Shown: piece after piece, positions 52,168 through 61,289 of the stretch
Position numbering within the stretch: the stretch's first letter is position 1
Layout of the letters: every line of letters starts with the position of its first letter
NCBI GenBank assembly: GCA_963696385.1
Contig: CAVOKF010000005.1
Coordinates: 832,001-896,000 of the forward strand
DNA: 64,000 nt
Direction: 5' to 3'
Source of the DNA: an uncultured delta proteobacterium
GTDB taxonomy: Bacteria; Myxococcota_A; Polyangia; Polyangiales; Polyangiaceae
Notes under the pieces: generated by a model
Database searches by the model: none
Told to the model about the DNA's origin: nothing
Seen by the model: the letters and a program-made list of their open reading frames with translations, nothing else
Position numbers and translations under genes: made by a program

Positions 52168-52980
52168 TCAGTTTTGCACGAGCTTCATCCCGCCCGCTAT
52201 GAGAGGTTGCACGGGCGTGATGTCGCTCACCGGCGTGTCGGCGATGTAAAGAAACTTGAGCTTCTTGAGCGACACCAACGGCGCAAGGTTCTTTACCTGT
52301 GTTTTTTTGATGCTGAGGCGCTCGAGCTTTTTCAGATTGGCGATGGGGGTCAAATCCGAGATCGAATCTTCGTCCAGCATGAGCTCGGTCAGGTTGACGA
52401 GCGATCCAACCGACTTCAACTCTTCGTCTCCGATGAGCGTGTGAGCCAGATCCAATCGGTCGAGGCGCTTGAGGCCCTCGATCGGTCGCAGGTCCTTCAC
52501 CGGGCTGCTCGCGACACGAAGCGACTCGAGCGTCGTGAGCTTCTGGATCGGAGTCAGATCTTCGTATTCGCCCGGTCCGAAGAAGAGGTCTTTGAGCGAC
52601 GTGAACATGGGGAAGATGCACGGGTCGATCTGGTGAATCTGAAGGCTGCCCTGCGCGCCCGACAGGTTGATCGATTTGACGAGTGCCAAATCCGACACGG
52701 CGATCGGCCCTTTGTCCTTGCCGAGCTTGCGCCGCACTTCGTGCTCGAGCGTCGCGTCGTTGCCGAAGTCGACGGTGGCCGAATGCGCCGGGCAGTCGGT
52801 GGCAAGCTTCTTCTTCCAAATGGGTGCGGGCGGGGCCACCGGAGGTGTCGGCAACGGAGGCACGCTCGCCAAGGCCGCGGCCGATGTGGTCGTCGACGGC
52901 GACGGCGCGTGGGTGTCCGGTTGGTCGCAGGCGGCGAGCGGGAGCAGCAGCAACAGCGGGATCGCTCTCGTCAAGGTCAT
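52168..52980 (-). CDS. Leucine-rich repeat lipoprotein (internalin-like LRR)
   Basis: Lipobox LAAC; 22-24 aa repeats of the DLTPIxxLxxLxxL type. Confidence 0.88.
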   Translation of the reverse strand: MTLTRAIPLLLLLPLAACDQPDTHAPSPSTTTSAAALASVPPLPTPPVAPPAPIWKKKLATDCPAHSATVDFGNDATLEHEVRRKLGKDKGPIAVSDLALVKSINLSGAQGSLQIHQIDPCIFPMFTSLKDLFFGPGEYEDLTPIQKLTTLESLRVASSPVKDLRPIEGLKRLDRLDLAHTLIGDEELKSVGSLVNLTELMLDEDSISDLTPIANLKKLERLSIKKTQVKNLAPLVSLKKLKFLYIADTPVSDITPVQPLIAGGMKLVQN

Positions 52981-55900
52981 CGGGCGACGATAGTAGCGCC
53001 GTCTGCGCGGCGCTGGGGGCCTTCCGCGCGGGTAAGATCCACGACCATGGCCTCGTTCACTTCTTCCGGAATCAGGCCATACGCCTCCGCCGCCGCGATG
53101 AGCCCGGCGTTCGGCGCGAGCTGCGTTAGAAATGCCCGCGAGTACGGCGTCGCTCGCAGGCCCCGCAGGCGCGTCACCAGCCGGGGCATGCCCCGCGCGA
53201 TTGCGCCGCGCGCCTCCGCCAGGTCACCGAGGTCGACGCACGCATCGTGAAGTGCGAGAAATACCGGCGTCTCGTTGAGCAGGCTCGGCGATCCGCCGTC
53301 GAAGAGCCCAGACGCCTCGCGCGCGAGCGCCCTCGACCGTTCCGAGTTGCCGCATCGTCGCTCCGACTCCGCCCAGAGGCCGAGTGCCACCGGCAGAACG
53401 TCGAGCATCTTGGTCGCCCGATACCCTTGCGTGGCAGTGCGCAGTAGCGTGCGAGCGTCCGCCTCCGACGCGTTCGATCGTAGGATCTCCATGCCCCGAT
53501 AAAAGAGGATCCCCAGGGTGGCGCGGTCGTGCGGGACCCAGCTTCCGGCGACGGCCGCGTCGGCCGTGGCGCGCGTCTCGATCAGCGCGGCGTCGAGAGC
53601 CGCGTCGCTGCCGAAGGTCGCCGCCCAACAGAGAGCAATCATTTTGCCGTGGCGTTCGACGCCCGGCGAGCCGATGGCCTGCGCAAGCGCGATGCCGCCT
53701 TCGATCGCGGCGCGAGCCTCCGCCCTTGCGCCGACCGTTGTCAGCGCGAACCCCACGTTGATCGTGAGCATGGCCTCGCGGGTCTTGAGCCCCGCCGCAC
53801 TGGCCGTGTGCGCCGCGCTCCATCGAGCCTCGAGCGCGGCCCCGACCTCGCCTTTGGCCTGCCGCACCACCGCGAGAGTCTGCCACGCGTCGACTTCGGC
53901 GCTCGCCATGGCGTAAAGCCGGGAAAGCGTCAGCAAGAGCCCCGCCACGTTCTCGGCGGCATCGAGCTCGCCCGCGTACGCGTAGCGCGCCGCCAGGGCT
54001 GCGGCGCACCGCGCTTCTTCATCCGTCACGGACGCATCTCGGGCCGCGCGTCGCACTTCGTCGAGCCGGGCGCTCGTGTCGGGTCCACCGCCGACGGCGT
54101 CCTGGTAACGTACGCGCGCGCCGCGGGCTCGCACCTCGCTCGCGATGTCGTGGACGGACTCCTCCATCGCCCGCACGGCCGTTTCGCGCTCGGCCGCACG
54201 CAGATCGAGCCGGTTCCACGCTTCGTCGAGGAGTTGCGCGCGCGCAAACTGGGTCGGCTTGTCCTCGGCGAACGCAAGCGCCTTTTCGGCGAGCGCCACG
54301 GCCTCCGGAAGCGCGTGCGCTGCGAGAGATCGTCGGGCTGCTTTTTCGAGGTAGCCGGCCGCGGTGAGCCCGTCGCCCCCGAGTTCCAGGTGGCGCGCCA
54401 CGACGGCGTCGTCCTCGCCCATCGTTGCGAGCCACCGCCCGGCGCGCCTGTGGCATTCGCGCAGCAAATCCTCGCCGAGCGATGCGTAGGCGACTTCGCG
54501 CATGAGCGCGTGTTTAAATGCGAATTCTCGTGTCCCCGGGAATCGCGCGTGGGCTTGCTCGACGAGGATCTCGGCGGCGGTGAGATCGTGCACGGCGTCG
54601 GGCGCGCGGTCGACGCCGATCGCCAGAAGCCCTACGTCCCACCCCACGTGGCCGAAGACCGCGAGTTTGGCGGCCGCGTCCCGCCCTGAATCGTCGAGCG
54701 CGTCAAGGTGCACCTGCAGCGCGGCCTCGATGGTCGGCGCGTCGGATGCATTGCGTCCGGCGGCGGCGAGGCGGGCGAGCTCTTCGGCGAAGAGCGGCAG
54801 TCCCGCGGATTGCTGGGCGATCGAGTCGGCGAGGGCCTCGCCGCGGTCGCCGTGCGCACGGTCGCCGAGAATCGACACCGCGATGGCCCTCGCGTGCCGT
54901 CGCGACAGAGGCCGCAGCTCGATGCGCACGTGGTCGCGTCCTTCGAAGCGAGCGGGATCGTCGCGCCAGAGAGTCGGGCGCGCCGCCGCGATCACGCAAA
55001 GGGCCCGGCCGCTCGCTCGCGCCAGCAGATGATCGATCCAAGCCATGCTTTCGGTATCCGCCCATTGTGCGTCCTCGAGGACGAGAACCAGAGGGGTGCG
55101 TTTGGCCATGCCGAGGGTGATGTCGGTGAGCACCAGCCACAGCGCGTCTCTCGAGCCACGGGCGTCGTCCAGATGCGGGAGGGCCTCGTTCGTGACGAGG
55201 CGTGCGAGCAGCTCGCGGGAGGCGACCGAGCAGGGCACGCGCGTCCACGCGAGCAGGGCTTCGGTGGCTTCGAGCGCCTCGTCCATTCGGGCGCCGCGCG
55301 CCATTCCGGTGAGTCCTCGGGCCACGTCGCCGACGGTGCCGAGGGCGTGGTTCCGGGCGAACGATTCGCTTCGGGTGAGCAGCACGCGCGGGGCGGACGC
55401 GTGGCTCGCGATGCGCGAGAGCGCTTCGCGCTGCAAGCGTGTTTTGCCGATCCCGGGGGCCCCGGTGATGGTGACGACGATCGGGGTGTCGTCGTCGACG
55501 CCGCGTTCGAACGCCGCGACAATCTGCGCGAGCTCCGCCTGCCGCCCGACGAACGGCGCGCCGCCGACTGTCTCGCGCCGCCCTCGCACGGGCACCCCCA
55601 CCACGGCGCTCCCGTCGTCGTTCAGCTGCAACTCGAAGCGTCCCCTCGTCAGCTCCGTCGTCGTCGTGTCGGCCAGCACCTGGCCGCGTTGCGCGTCGCG
55701 CGCGAGCGCCGCCGCCCGGTCGACGACTTCGCCGGTAGGTCGCGTCCGATCCATGCGCGTGCGCCCGGTAGCCACGCCTACCGTCGCGCTCAATCGGGCG
55801 ATGCGCAGCCCCAAATCGAGCGCTCGCCCGGCCTCATCGCCCTGAGCCTTGCGCACCCCCAAATGACAGACGATTGCGTCGCCGCCGAGCTCCGTGGCGT

Positions 55901-56924
55901 CCGCGCCGCGCGCTCGCAGGTGCGTCAGCAGGCGAGCGCGCGGTGCGCCCTTCGGGACCTGAGTGGCGACAATCGTCGTCACCAGCCGCGTGCCACCGCC
56001 TTTGCCCGTCGTCGCCACGCTCGCCGCCGTCGCCTGGTAACCGCCGTCGATCTGGGGTCGCCGGTTCGAGTCCGAGCCGAGCGCATCGGCTATTTCGCGC
56101 AGCTCGCGGCCGACCTCGGAGGCCGAGGACGGACGCTCGCCAGGGGCTGTCGCGAGCAATCGTGCCACGAGATCGTCGAGGCGACGCGGTGCGTCCGGAT
56201 AGATGTCGGCCAGCCGGGGCGCGGGAGTCGTGACCAAACGCGCGAGGATCGCGATGGGGGTCGGGCCCACATGCGGGGGCCGCCCCGTGACCATCTCGAA
56301 AAGGGTGGCGCCGAGGGCGTAAAGATCGGCGCGCGCGTCGACCTCGCCGTCACCGCGCGCCTGCTCGGGCGCCATGTATGCGGGAGTTCCGACGATCGCG
56401 CCGGTGCGCGTGAGCTTCGAGTCCACGGCCGACGCCACGCCGAAGTCGACGAGCTTGACCCGAAACGGGCCGGATTGTCCCGGTGCGCTGCCGAGCAGGA
56501 AGATGTTGGACGGCTTGACGTCGCGGTGAACAATCCCGGCCGCGTGCGCGGCCGCGAGCGCGTCTCCGACCTGCGCGACGATCCCCAGGCAATCGCCGAG
56601 CGGAAGGGGAGCGCGCCGCTGGCGCTGTGCGATGTCCTCGCCCTCCAGCCACTCCATGGCGACGTAGGGTTGTCCTTCGTCGAGTTGACCGAACGCAACG
56701 ACCCGCACGATGGCCGGATGGTGCAGGGCGGCGAGCAATCGCCCCTCGCGCCGGAAGCGTGCTTCTTCGCCGGCGTCGATGCCGGGCAGCGCAATGACCT
56801 TCAGCGCGACCGGCTGTCCGCTTACCTGATCGTGGGCGCGGTACACGATGCCTACGCCGCCTCGGCCGACCTCGCGCTCGAGCACGAATCGCTGCGCGAG
56901 CAGCGGCGGCCTCGCTCCTGTCAT
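52977..56924 (-). CDS. Ser/Thr kinase, degenerate class III cyclase-like domain, STAND/AAA ATPase and TPR multidomain protein
   Basis: HRDVKPSN/DFG; VGVATG...GEVVDRAAAL; PFVGR, Walker A GAPGIGKT, Walker B LVLEDAQWAD; GLPLFAEEL; FAFKHAL; helical tail. Confidence 0.92.
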   Translation of the reverse strand: MTGARPPLLAQRFVLEREVGRGGVGIVYRAHDQVSGQPVALKVIALPGIDAGEEARFRREGRLLAALHHPAIVRVVAFGQLDEGQPYVAMEWLEGEDIAQRQRRAPLPLGDCLGIVAQVGDALAAAHAAGIVHRDVKPSNIFLLGSAPGQSGPFRVKLVDFGVASAVDSKLTRTGAIVGTPAYMAPEQARGDGEVDARADLYALGATLFEMVTGRPPHVGPTPIAILARLVTTPAPRLADIYPDAPRRLDDLVARLLATAPGERPSSASEVGRELREIADALGSDSNRRPQIDGGYQATAASVATTGKGGGTRLVTTIVATQVPKGAPRARLLTHLRARGADATELGGDAIVCHLGVRKAQGDEAGRALDLGLRIARLSATVGVATGRTRMDRTRPTGEVVDRAAALARDAQRGQVLADTTTTELTRGRFELQLNDDGSAVVGVPVRGRRETVGGAPFVGRQAELAQIVAAFERGVDDDTPIVVTITGAPGIGKTRLQREALSRIASHASAPRVLLTRSESFARNHALGTVGDVARGLTGMARGARMDEALEATEALLAWTRVPCSVASRELLARLVTNEALPHLDDARGSRDALWLVLTDITLGMAKRTPLVLVLEDAQWADTESMAWIDHLLARASGRALCVIAAARPTLWRDDPARFEGRDHVRIELRPLSRRHARAIAVSILGDRAHGDRGEALADSIAQQSAGLPLFAEELARLAAAGRNASDAPTIEAALQVHLDALDDSGRDAAAKLAVFGHVGWDVGLLAIGVDRAPDAVHDLTAAEILVEQAHARFPGTREFAFKHALMREVAYASLGEDLLRECHRRAGRWLATMGEDDAVVARHLELGGDGLTAAGYLEKAARRSLAAHALPEAVALAEKALAFAEDKPTQFARAQLLDEAWNRLDLRAAERETAVRAMEESVHDIASEVRARGARVRYQDAVGGGPDTSARLDEVRRAARDASVTDEEARCAAALAARYAYAGELDAAENVAGLLLTLSRLYAMASAEVDAWQTLAVVRQAKGEVGAALEARWSAAHTASAAGLKTREAMLTINVGFALTTVGARAEARAAIEGGIALAQAIGSPGVERHGKMIALCWAATFGSDAALDAALIETRATADAAVAGSWVPHDRATLGILFYRGMEILRSNASEADARTLLRTATQGYRATKMLDVLPVALGLWAESERRCGNSERSRALAREASGLFDGGSPSLLNETPVFLALHDACVDLGDLAEARGAIARGMPRLVTRLRGLRATPYSRAFLTQLAPNAGLIAAAEAYGLIPEEVNEAMVVDLTRAEGPQRRADGATIVAR

Positions 56925-57520
56925 GATCGCTTCCTCGATCCAAGAGCGAAAATCTCGGTGCTCGTCGCACGGGTCCCCTCGGGACGGATGAGCCGCTCCG
57001 ATTCGTACCAGCGGCGGACCTCCGCCCGTGCCGCCGGCAAGTCGTCGCTCATGAAGATCTTGCCCACGAACGAGCCCCCAGGCGCGCCGAGGGCGGATGC
57101 CGCCGCGAGCGCGCGCAGGAAGAGCTCAAAGCTGCGCGCTTGGTCCGTTGCGCGGTTGCCGGTCGTACGGGGTGCCATGTCGCTCAGCACCACGTCGTAG
57201 GGTGCGAAGCGGCCGAGGTCTTCGTTCGTCAACGACAGCGCGTCGCCCCGCACGAACGAGGAGTTTGCCGAAAGGGCGATCGTCAGTGGTTCGCGGTCGA
57301 CCGCCAGAAGCTTGCCGCCGTGACCGATGCGCTCCGCCGCATACATGGCCCAGCTGCCGGGAGCAGCGCCGAGGTCGAGCACGCGCATGCCCGCTTTCAA
57401 CAGGCGTGCGCGCCGATCCATCTCTTCGAGTTTGAAGACACTGCGGGCCGGGAATCCCGCTCGCTTCGCGGCCTTCGTGAAGTGGTCCGGCTTGGCGTAC
57501 GGGTTTCGGCGCGCCGGCAT
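56921..57520 (-). CDS. rlmE: 23S rRNA Um2552 2'-O-methyltransferase
   Basis: ARSVFKLEE, LDLGAAPGSW, VLSDMAP, FVGKIF, STE. Confidence 0.9.
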   Translation of the reverse strand: MPARRNPYAKPDHFTKAAKRAGFPARSVFKLEEMDRRARLLKAGMRVLDLGAAPGSWAMYAAERIGHGGKLLAVDREPLTIALSANSSFVRGDALSLTNEDLGRFAPYDVVLSDMAPRTTGNRATDQARSFELFLRALAAASALGAPGGSFVGKIFMSDDLPAARAEVRRWYESERLIRPEGTRATSTEIFALGSRKRS

Positions 57521-57632
57521 GGCAAACGGTGAGTTTGACGGCCCGCGTGCGCGCGTCAACGTTCTATGTGCTTCCCCCCCCAACCCCGTGGCTGTCCGAC
57601 ATTCGGACATCGGACCGCAACGTCGAGGGGGG

Positions 57633-57850
57633 CTATGGTTCTGTCTTCGAGATCCGCTGAATCATTCGGAGCGCCCTCGAAGACAGGACACTCGCCGAAG
57701 CCGCGGGAGCGGCTTCGCTCGGAAGAGCGTTTTCCCGAGGAAAACGCGGGGGCGGGAGCCGCCCCCAGAAACCGTCTACTGTCCCGGCGACGCCGCATAG
57801 CGGCGCGGTCCGCTGCATTTATGCAGCGGCCCTCAGAGACGGGACACTAG
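57633..57850. repeat. Family B repeat cluster: copy 2 (57633-57718), a second unit (57776-57850) ending in the rplC stop, and intervening hairpins
   Basis: CTGTCTTCGAG...CTCGAAGACAGGACACT plus CGAAGCCGCGGGAGCGGCTTCG; CTACTGTCCC...GAGACGGGACACTAG. Confidence 0.85.
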
Positions 57851-58515
57851 CGCTTCGTCGACTTCTTGGCGCTCTTTACGGCCTGGCGGACGAGAACAAA
57901 GCCGTTGCGTGCGCCGGGAACTCCGCCTGCAAGGAGAAGGAGATGCTTTTCCGCGTCGACCCGGGCGACCTTCAAATTGAGAATCGACACGGTCTCATTG
58001 CCGTACTGTCCGCCCATTTTCAGGTTTGGCAGCGTTCGCCCCGGCGTCATGTTCGTTCCGATCGAACCCGGATGCCGACGGTACTCGTGGGTGCCGTGGG
58101 TGGTGACGGCGCCGGCGAAGCCCCACCGTCGTACCACTCCGGTAAAGCCTCGGCCGCGGGTGGTGCCCCGGGTATCGACCCTCATGCCCGGCTGGAAAAT
58201 CTCATCGAGCTTGAGAGGCCGACCGATCTCCCATTTGGCTGCGAACTCGGCATCGCATCGCAGCTCTTTGAGCAGGCGCTTCGGCGATGTGTTCGCCTTT
58301 TTGAAGAACCCCGCTACCGGTTTGCTGGTGTGCTTGTCCTTGCGATCCTCGAAACCGAGGATCAACGCTGTGTAGCCATCCTTCTCTATCGTGCGTTTGC
58401 CAACGACGACGACGGGGCCGGCCTGGATGACGGTGACCCGGGTGACGGTTCCGTCTTGCTCAAAGAGCTGTGTCGAGCCGACTTTGCGGCCGAAAATGCC
58501 CGGCTGGATGTTCAT
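57847..58515 (-). CDS. rplC: 50S ribosomal protein L3
   Basis: GRKVG, DGYTAL, GRGFTGVVRRWGF, HRRHPGSIG-type motif (EYRRHPGSIG), TPGR, GGVPG. Confidence 0.97.
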   Translation of the reverse strand: MNIQPGIFGRKVGSTQLFEQDGTVTRVTVIQAGPVVVVGKRTIEKDGYTALILGFEDRKDKHTSKPVAGFFKKANTSPKRLLKELRCDAEFAAKWEIGRPLKLDEIFQPGMRVDTRGTTRGRGFTGVVRRWGFAGAVTTHGTHEYRRHPGSIGTNMTPGRTLPNLKMGGQYGNETVSILNLKVARVDAEKHLLLLAGGVPGARNGFVLVRQAVKSAKKSTKR

Positions 58516-58657
58516 GCAATCTGCGCTCCAGTTCGCTCGCGCGTTCTTTGCCGCTGGCTCGAAAGCCGCGGCTCATGGGCCCGTCGGTGCGCGCCGTCCA
58601 CAAGCGAAAGGGACGGGTGGGCGTTCGTGGGCCCACGGCTCCTTCAGGCGGGCGCGA

Positions 58658-58685
58658 ACGATAGCTCGATGCTCAGCTCCGTCAA
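58658..58685 (-). promoter_or_regulatory. Sigma70-like promoter of rplC
   Basis: Minus strand TTGACG-N16-TATCGT. Confidence 0.55.
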
Positions 58686-58809
58686 GTGCGGGAAAGGTTT
58701 CTGGCTTCGGCCCGGGGGCTCGCGGTTCGGGGTCGGCGTCGTTTGGAAACGCTCCCTGAGCCGATTGGCGCTTGGCGGGGGGTGTGCCGCGGCGGTACCC
58801 TGGTGGCAA

Positions 58810-59346
58810 ATGCCCGTCGCGAAGCCGGTGACTTGCCTGTCGTGTGGCTTTCAAAGAAACCCACCAGGATCGTCGCGGTGTGCGTCTTGCGGCGCCAAGA
58901 TGGAGGATCTGGCCCGTTCAAAGCGCTCGCGCGAAGACGAACTCGCCGGTCGTTACCAGCAGGAGGGCGTCAGCGTTCGCTGGCTCGCGATCGCGTTTCT
59001 CGTCCAAGGCGTCCTGACCGGCGCTCTCGTGTTCGGGCTGCCTATGGTCATGCCGATGCTCGACTTCGAGGGCCAAAACGGCATGCTCATCTGCGTTCCC
59101 GTATGGTTTCTCGGGGGCTTGCTCGTCGGGATGGTGTCGCCCGGTCGCACGTTCGTCGAGCCGGCCGTCGCCTCGTTGCTCGTGGCGATCCCGACGACGT
59201 TCCTGCTCATCCAGAGCCAGACGGTTCGGACGATGCCGGTATTTCTGTATCTCATCTTTGCCGCGATCGGCATTTTGCTGACGTTGATCGGCGCTTACAT
59301 GGGCGAGCGCATCCAGGTTGGCCCGCCCCCCAAGCCGGCGGAGTGA
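58810..59346 (+). CDS. Zinc-ribbon plus four-TM membrane protein
   Basis: CLSCG-x9-CASCG N-terminus; four hydrophobic helices; stop overlaps the next start (GTGA). Confidence 0.8.
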   Translation: MPVAKPVTCLSCGFQRNPPGSSRCASCGAKMEDLARSKRSREDELAGRYQQEGVSVRWLAIAFLVQGVLTGALVFGLPMVMPMLDFEGQNGMLICVPVWFLGGLLVGMVSPGRTFVEPAVASLLVAIPTTFLLIQSQTVRTMPVFLYLIFAAIGILLTLIGAYMGERIQVGPPPKPAE

Positions 59347-60578
59347 CGGCCGTCGATGTCGCGATCATCGGAGGCGGCCCGGCCGGCTCCGTGTGCGCCG
59401 CGCGCCTCGCAGCACTGGGGCGCGACGTCGTGCTTCTCGAGCGAGAACGGCATCCGCGTTTTCATTTGGGCGAGTCGCTTTTGCCCCACAGCCTCGGTGT
59501 TCTCCAGGCCATCGGGATCCTCGACCGAATGCCCGGCCGCTTCCTCATCAAACGGGGGGCTCGCTTCGTCGATGGATCAGACGAGCGGCGACCGGTGCGA
59601 TACTCCTTTTCGGAAGCGTTCGACGCGAGATGGGATCACGCCTTCCAGGTGCCGCGCGACCAGTTTGACGAGCTTCTCTTCCGACGCGCCGAATCTTGCG
59701 GGGCGGACGCGCGCGAGGGTTGGGAAGTTACGCGCGTCGTGGTGGAGGGATCCCGGGCCGTCGGAGTGGAGACGCGCGGTCCCGATGGGGTCACCCGATC
59801 GATCGAAGCGCGGTTCGTCGTCGATGCCACCGGACGCGATGCGATGGTCGCGCGCGCAGCGGGACCCCTCGAACGCATCCCGGGGCTCGATCGAACGGCA
59901 CTTTATACTCAAGTGCGGGGTGCTTGGCGCGACGTCGGTGATCGGGAAGGCGACATCCAAATCGTCGTGTTCGGCGAGGGCACTGACCGCGGCTGGTTCT
60001 GGCTGATTCCGTTTGCCGACGGCCGAACGAGTGTTGGTGCGGTCGTGTCGGGGGCCTGGATAAGTAAGCGTCGTTCAACCGGTGGCCCCGCGGATCTCTT
60101 CCGGGAGGCGCTTGCGAGTGCCCCTGCGGTCGCGCGCATGCTCGACGGATCCGAGTCGCTTTTTGCGCCGCTCGCCACCGCGGACTTCAGCTTTCGCGTG
60201 CGATCCATGCGAGGGCAGGGGTGGCTGGCGCTCGGAGACGCGTCGGGCTTCATCGACCCGCTCTTTTCGACGGGGGCGCATCTTGCGATGACCGGGGGGC
60301 TGCGAGCCGCGCATGCGATGGACGAGTCCCTGCGAGCCGGCGATTTCGGTCCCGAACGCTTTGCCGATTGGGAGCGCGAACTGCGAATCGGCGTCGATCT
60401 ATTCGTCGGGGCGGTCCAAGCGTTTTACGCGTCCGACCTCGTGTCGTATATCTTCGCCGAGCCGCAGCACCCTTTTTTGCGCCGCGCGATCACATCGATG
60501 CTGGCGGGCGACGTTTTCGACGAAGATGCGCGCTGGGCGCGGGAGATGCGAAAGCGCTTCCCACCTCGCAGCGGATAG
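59343..60578 (+). CDS. FAD-dependent oxidoreductase of the flavin-dependent halogenase/geranylgeranyl reductase superfamily
   Basis: GGGPAG, PRFHLGESLLP, K in IKRGA, WFWLIP, GDASGFIDPLFSTG. Confidence 0.88.
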   Translation: MTAVDVAIIGGGPAGSVCAARLAALGRDVVLLERERHPRFHLGESLLPHSLGVLQAIGILDRMPGRFLIKRGARFVDGSDERRPVRYSFSEAFDARWDHAFQVPRDQFDELLFRRAESCGADAREGWEVTRVVVEGSRAVGVETRGPDGVTRSIEARFVVDATGRDAMVARAAGPLERIPGLDRTALYTQVRGAWRDVGDREGDIQIVVFGEGTDRGWFWLIPFADGRTSVGAVVSGAWISKRRSTGGPADLFREALASAPAVARMLDGSESLFAPLATADFSFRVRSMRGQGWLALGDASGFIDPLFSTGAHLAMTGGLRAAHAMDESLRAGDFGPERFADWERELRIGVDLFVGAVQAFYASDLVSYIFAEPQHPFLRRAITSMLAGDVFDEDARWAREMRKRFPPRSG

Positions 60579-60595
60579 GCCCGGCCCCTTTTGGC

Positions 60596-60952
60596 TCAGA
60601 TGTCTTTTTGATCGCGAACGCGTGCGGCCTTGCCCGCAAGGTCACGCAGGTAGAAGAGGCGCGCCCGGCGCACGACGCCCTTGCTGACGATGTCGACCTT
60701 CTCGATCCGTGGCGAATGGGAGAGAAATATGCGTTCCACACCCACGTTGAAGCTTATCTTGCGAACGGTGAACGTGCTCCGCGCGCCCGCCCTGTGCCGC
60801 TTGATGACGACGCCTTGAAACACCTGCGTGCGCTCCTTGTCGCCTTCGATGATTCGATAGTGAACCCGAACCGTGTCGCCGACGCGAAAATCGGGCAGGT
60901 CCGCTCGCAGCAGCGAAGACTCGAGTGCGGCAATGGTAGGCGACGTATTCAT
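60596..60952 (-). CDS. rplS: 50S ribosomal protein L19
   Basis: [44 protein letters not shown]. Confidence 0.98.
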   Translation of the reverse strand: MNTSPTIAALESSLLRADLPDFRVGDTVRVHYRIIEGDKERTQVFQGVVIKRHRAGARSTFTVRKISFNVGVERIFLSHSPRIEKVDIVSKGVVRRARLFYLRDLAGKAARVRDQKDI

Positions 60953-61003
60953 GGCGAAGCACCCGGCATCCGGCTGGAAAGCGACGGAAAATCCGGAGGG
61001 CGC

Positions 61004-61032
61004 CTTAAAGCATGCGATACACCGCGTGTCAA
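61004..61032 (-). promoter_or_regulatory. Sigma70-like promoter of rplS
   Basis: Minus strand TTGACA-N17-TTTAAG with an extended -10 TG. Confidence 0.55.
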
Positions 61033-61152
61033 CGCGAGGCGGGCGCTTGGTGTCCAGGGATCCGCGAGGACGATGACCTCTCGCTCCAGAATGAATCCAT
61101 AGGCTCCCGAAGAGTCGGACGTCGGCGGCGGCGCCTTCGAGCGGGACCCGAC

Positions 61153-61212
61153 GGCGACCGCGACAACCGCGACCGCGACTACGCCGACCGCGATTACCGC
61201 GACCGCGACCCC
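61153..61212. repeat. Degenerate hexamer tandem repeat (GCGACC)n
   Basis: ggcgaccgcgacaaccgcgaccgcgactacgccgaccgcgattaccgcgaccgcgaccc. Confidence 0.6.
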
Positions 61213-61289
61213 GGGGCCCGCCTGCGGACTCCTCGGGTTCTCGGGAACAACGCGATCGAGACGGTGTCGACTATGTTGGAGCGACCGGC

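Noticed and set aside
54708..57200. 830-aa plus-strand ORF (and the 830-aa minus-strand ORF 24281..26773)
   Set aside because: Both overlap well-supported genes (kinase-STAND and pheS) in other frames or on the opposite strand and have no domain signatures
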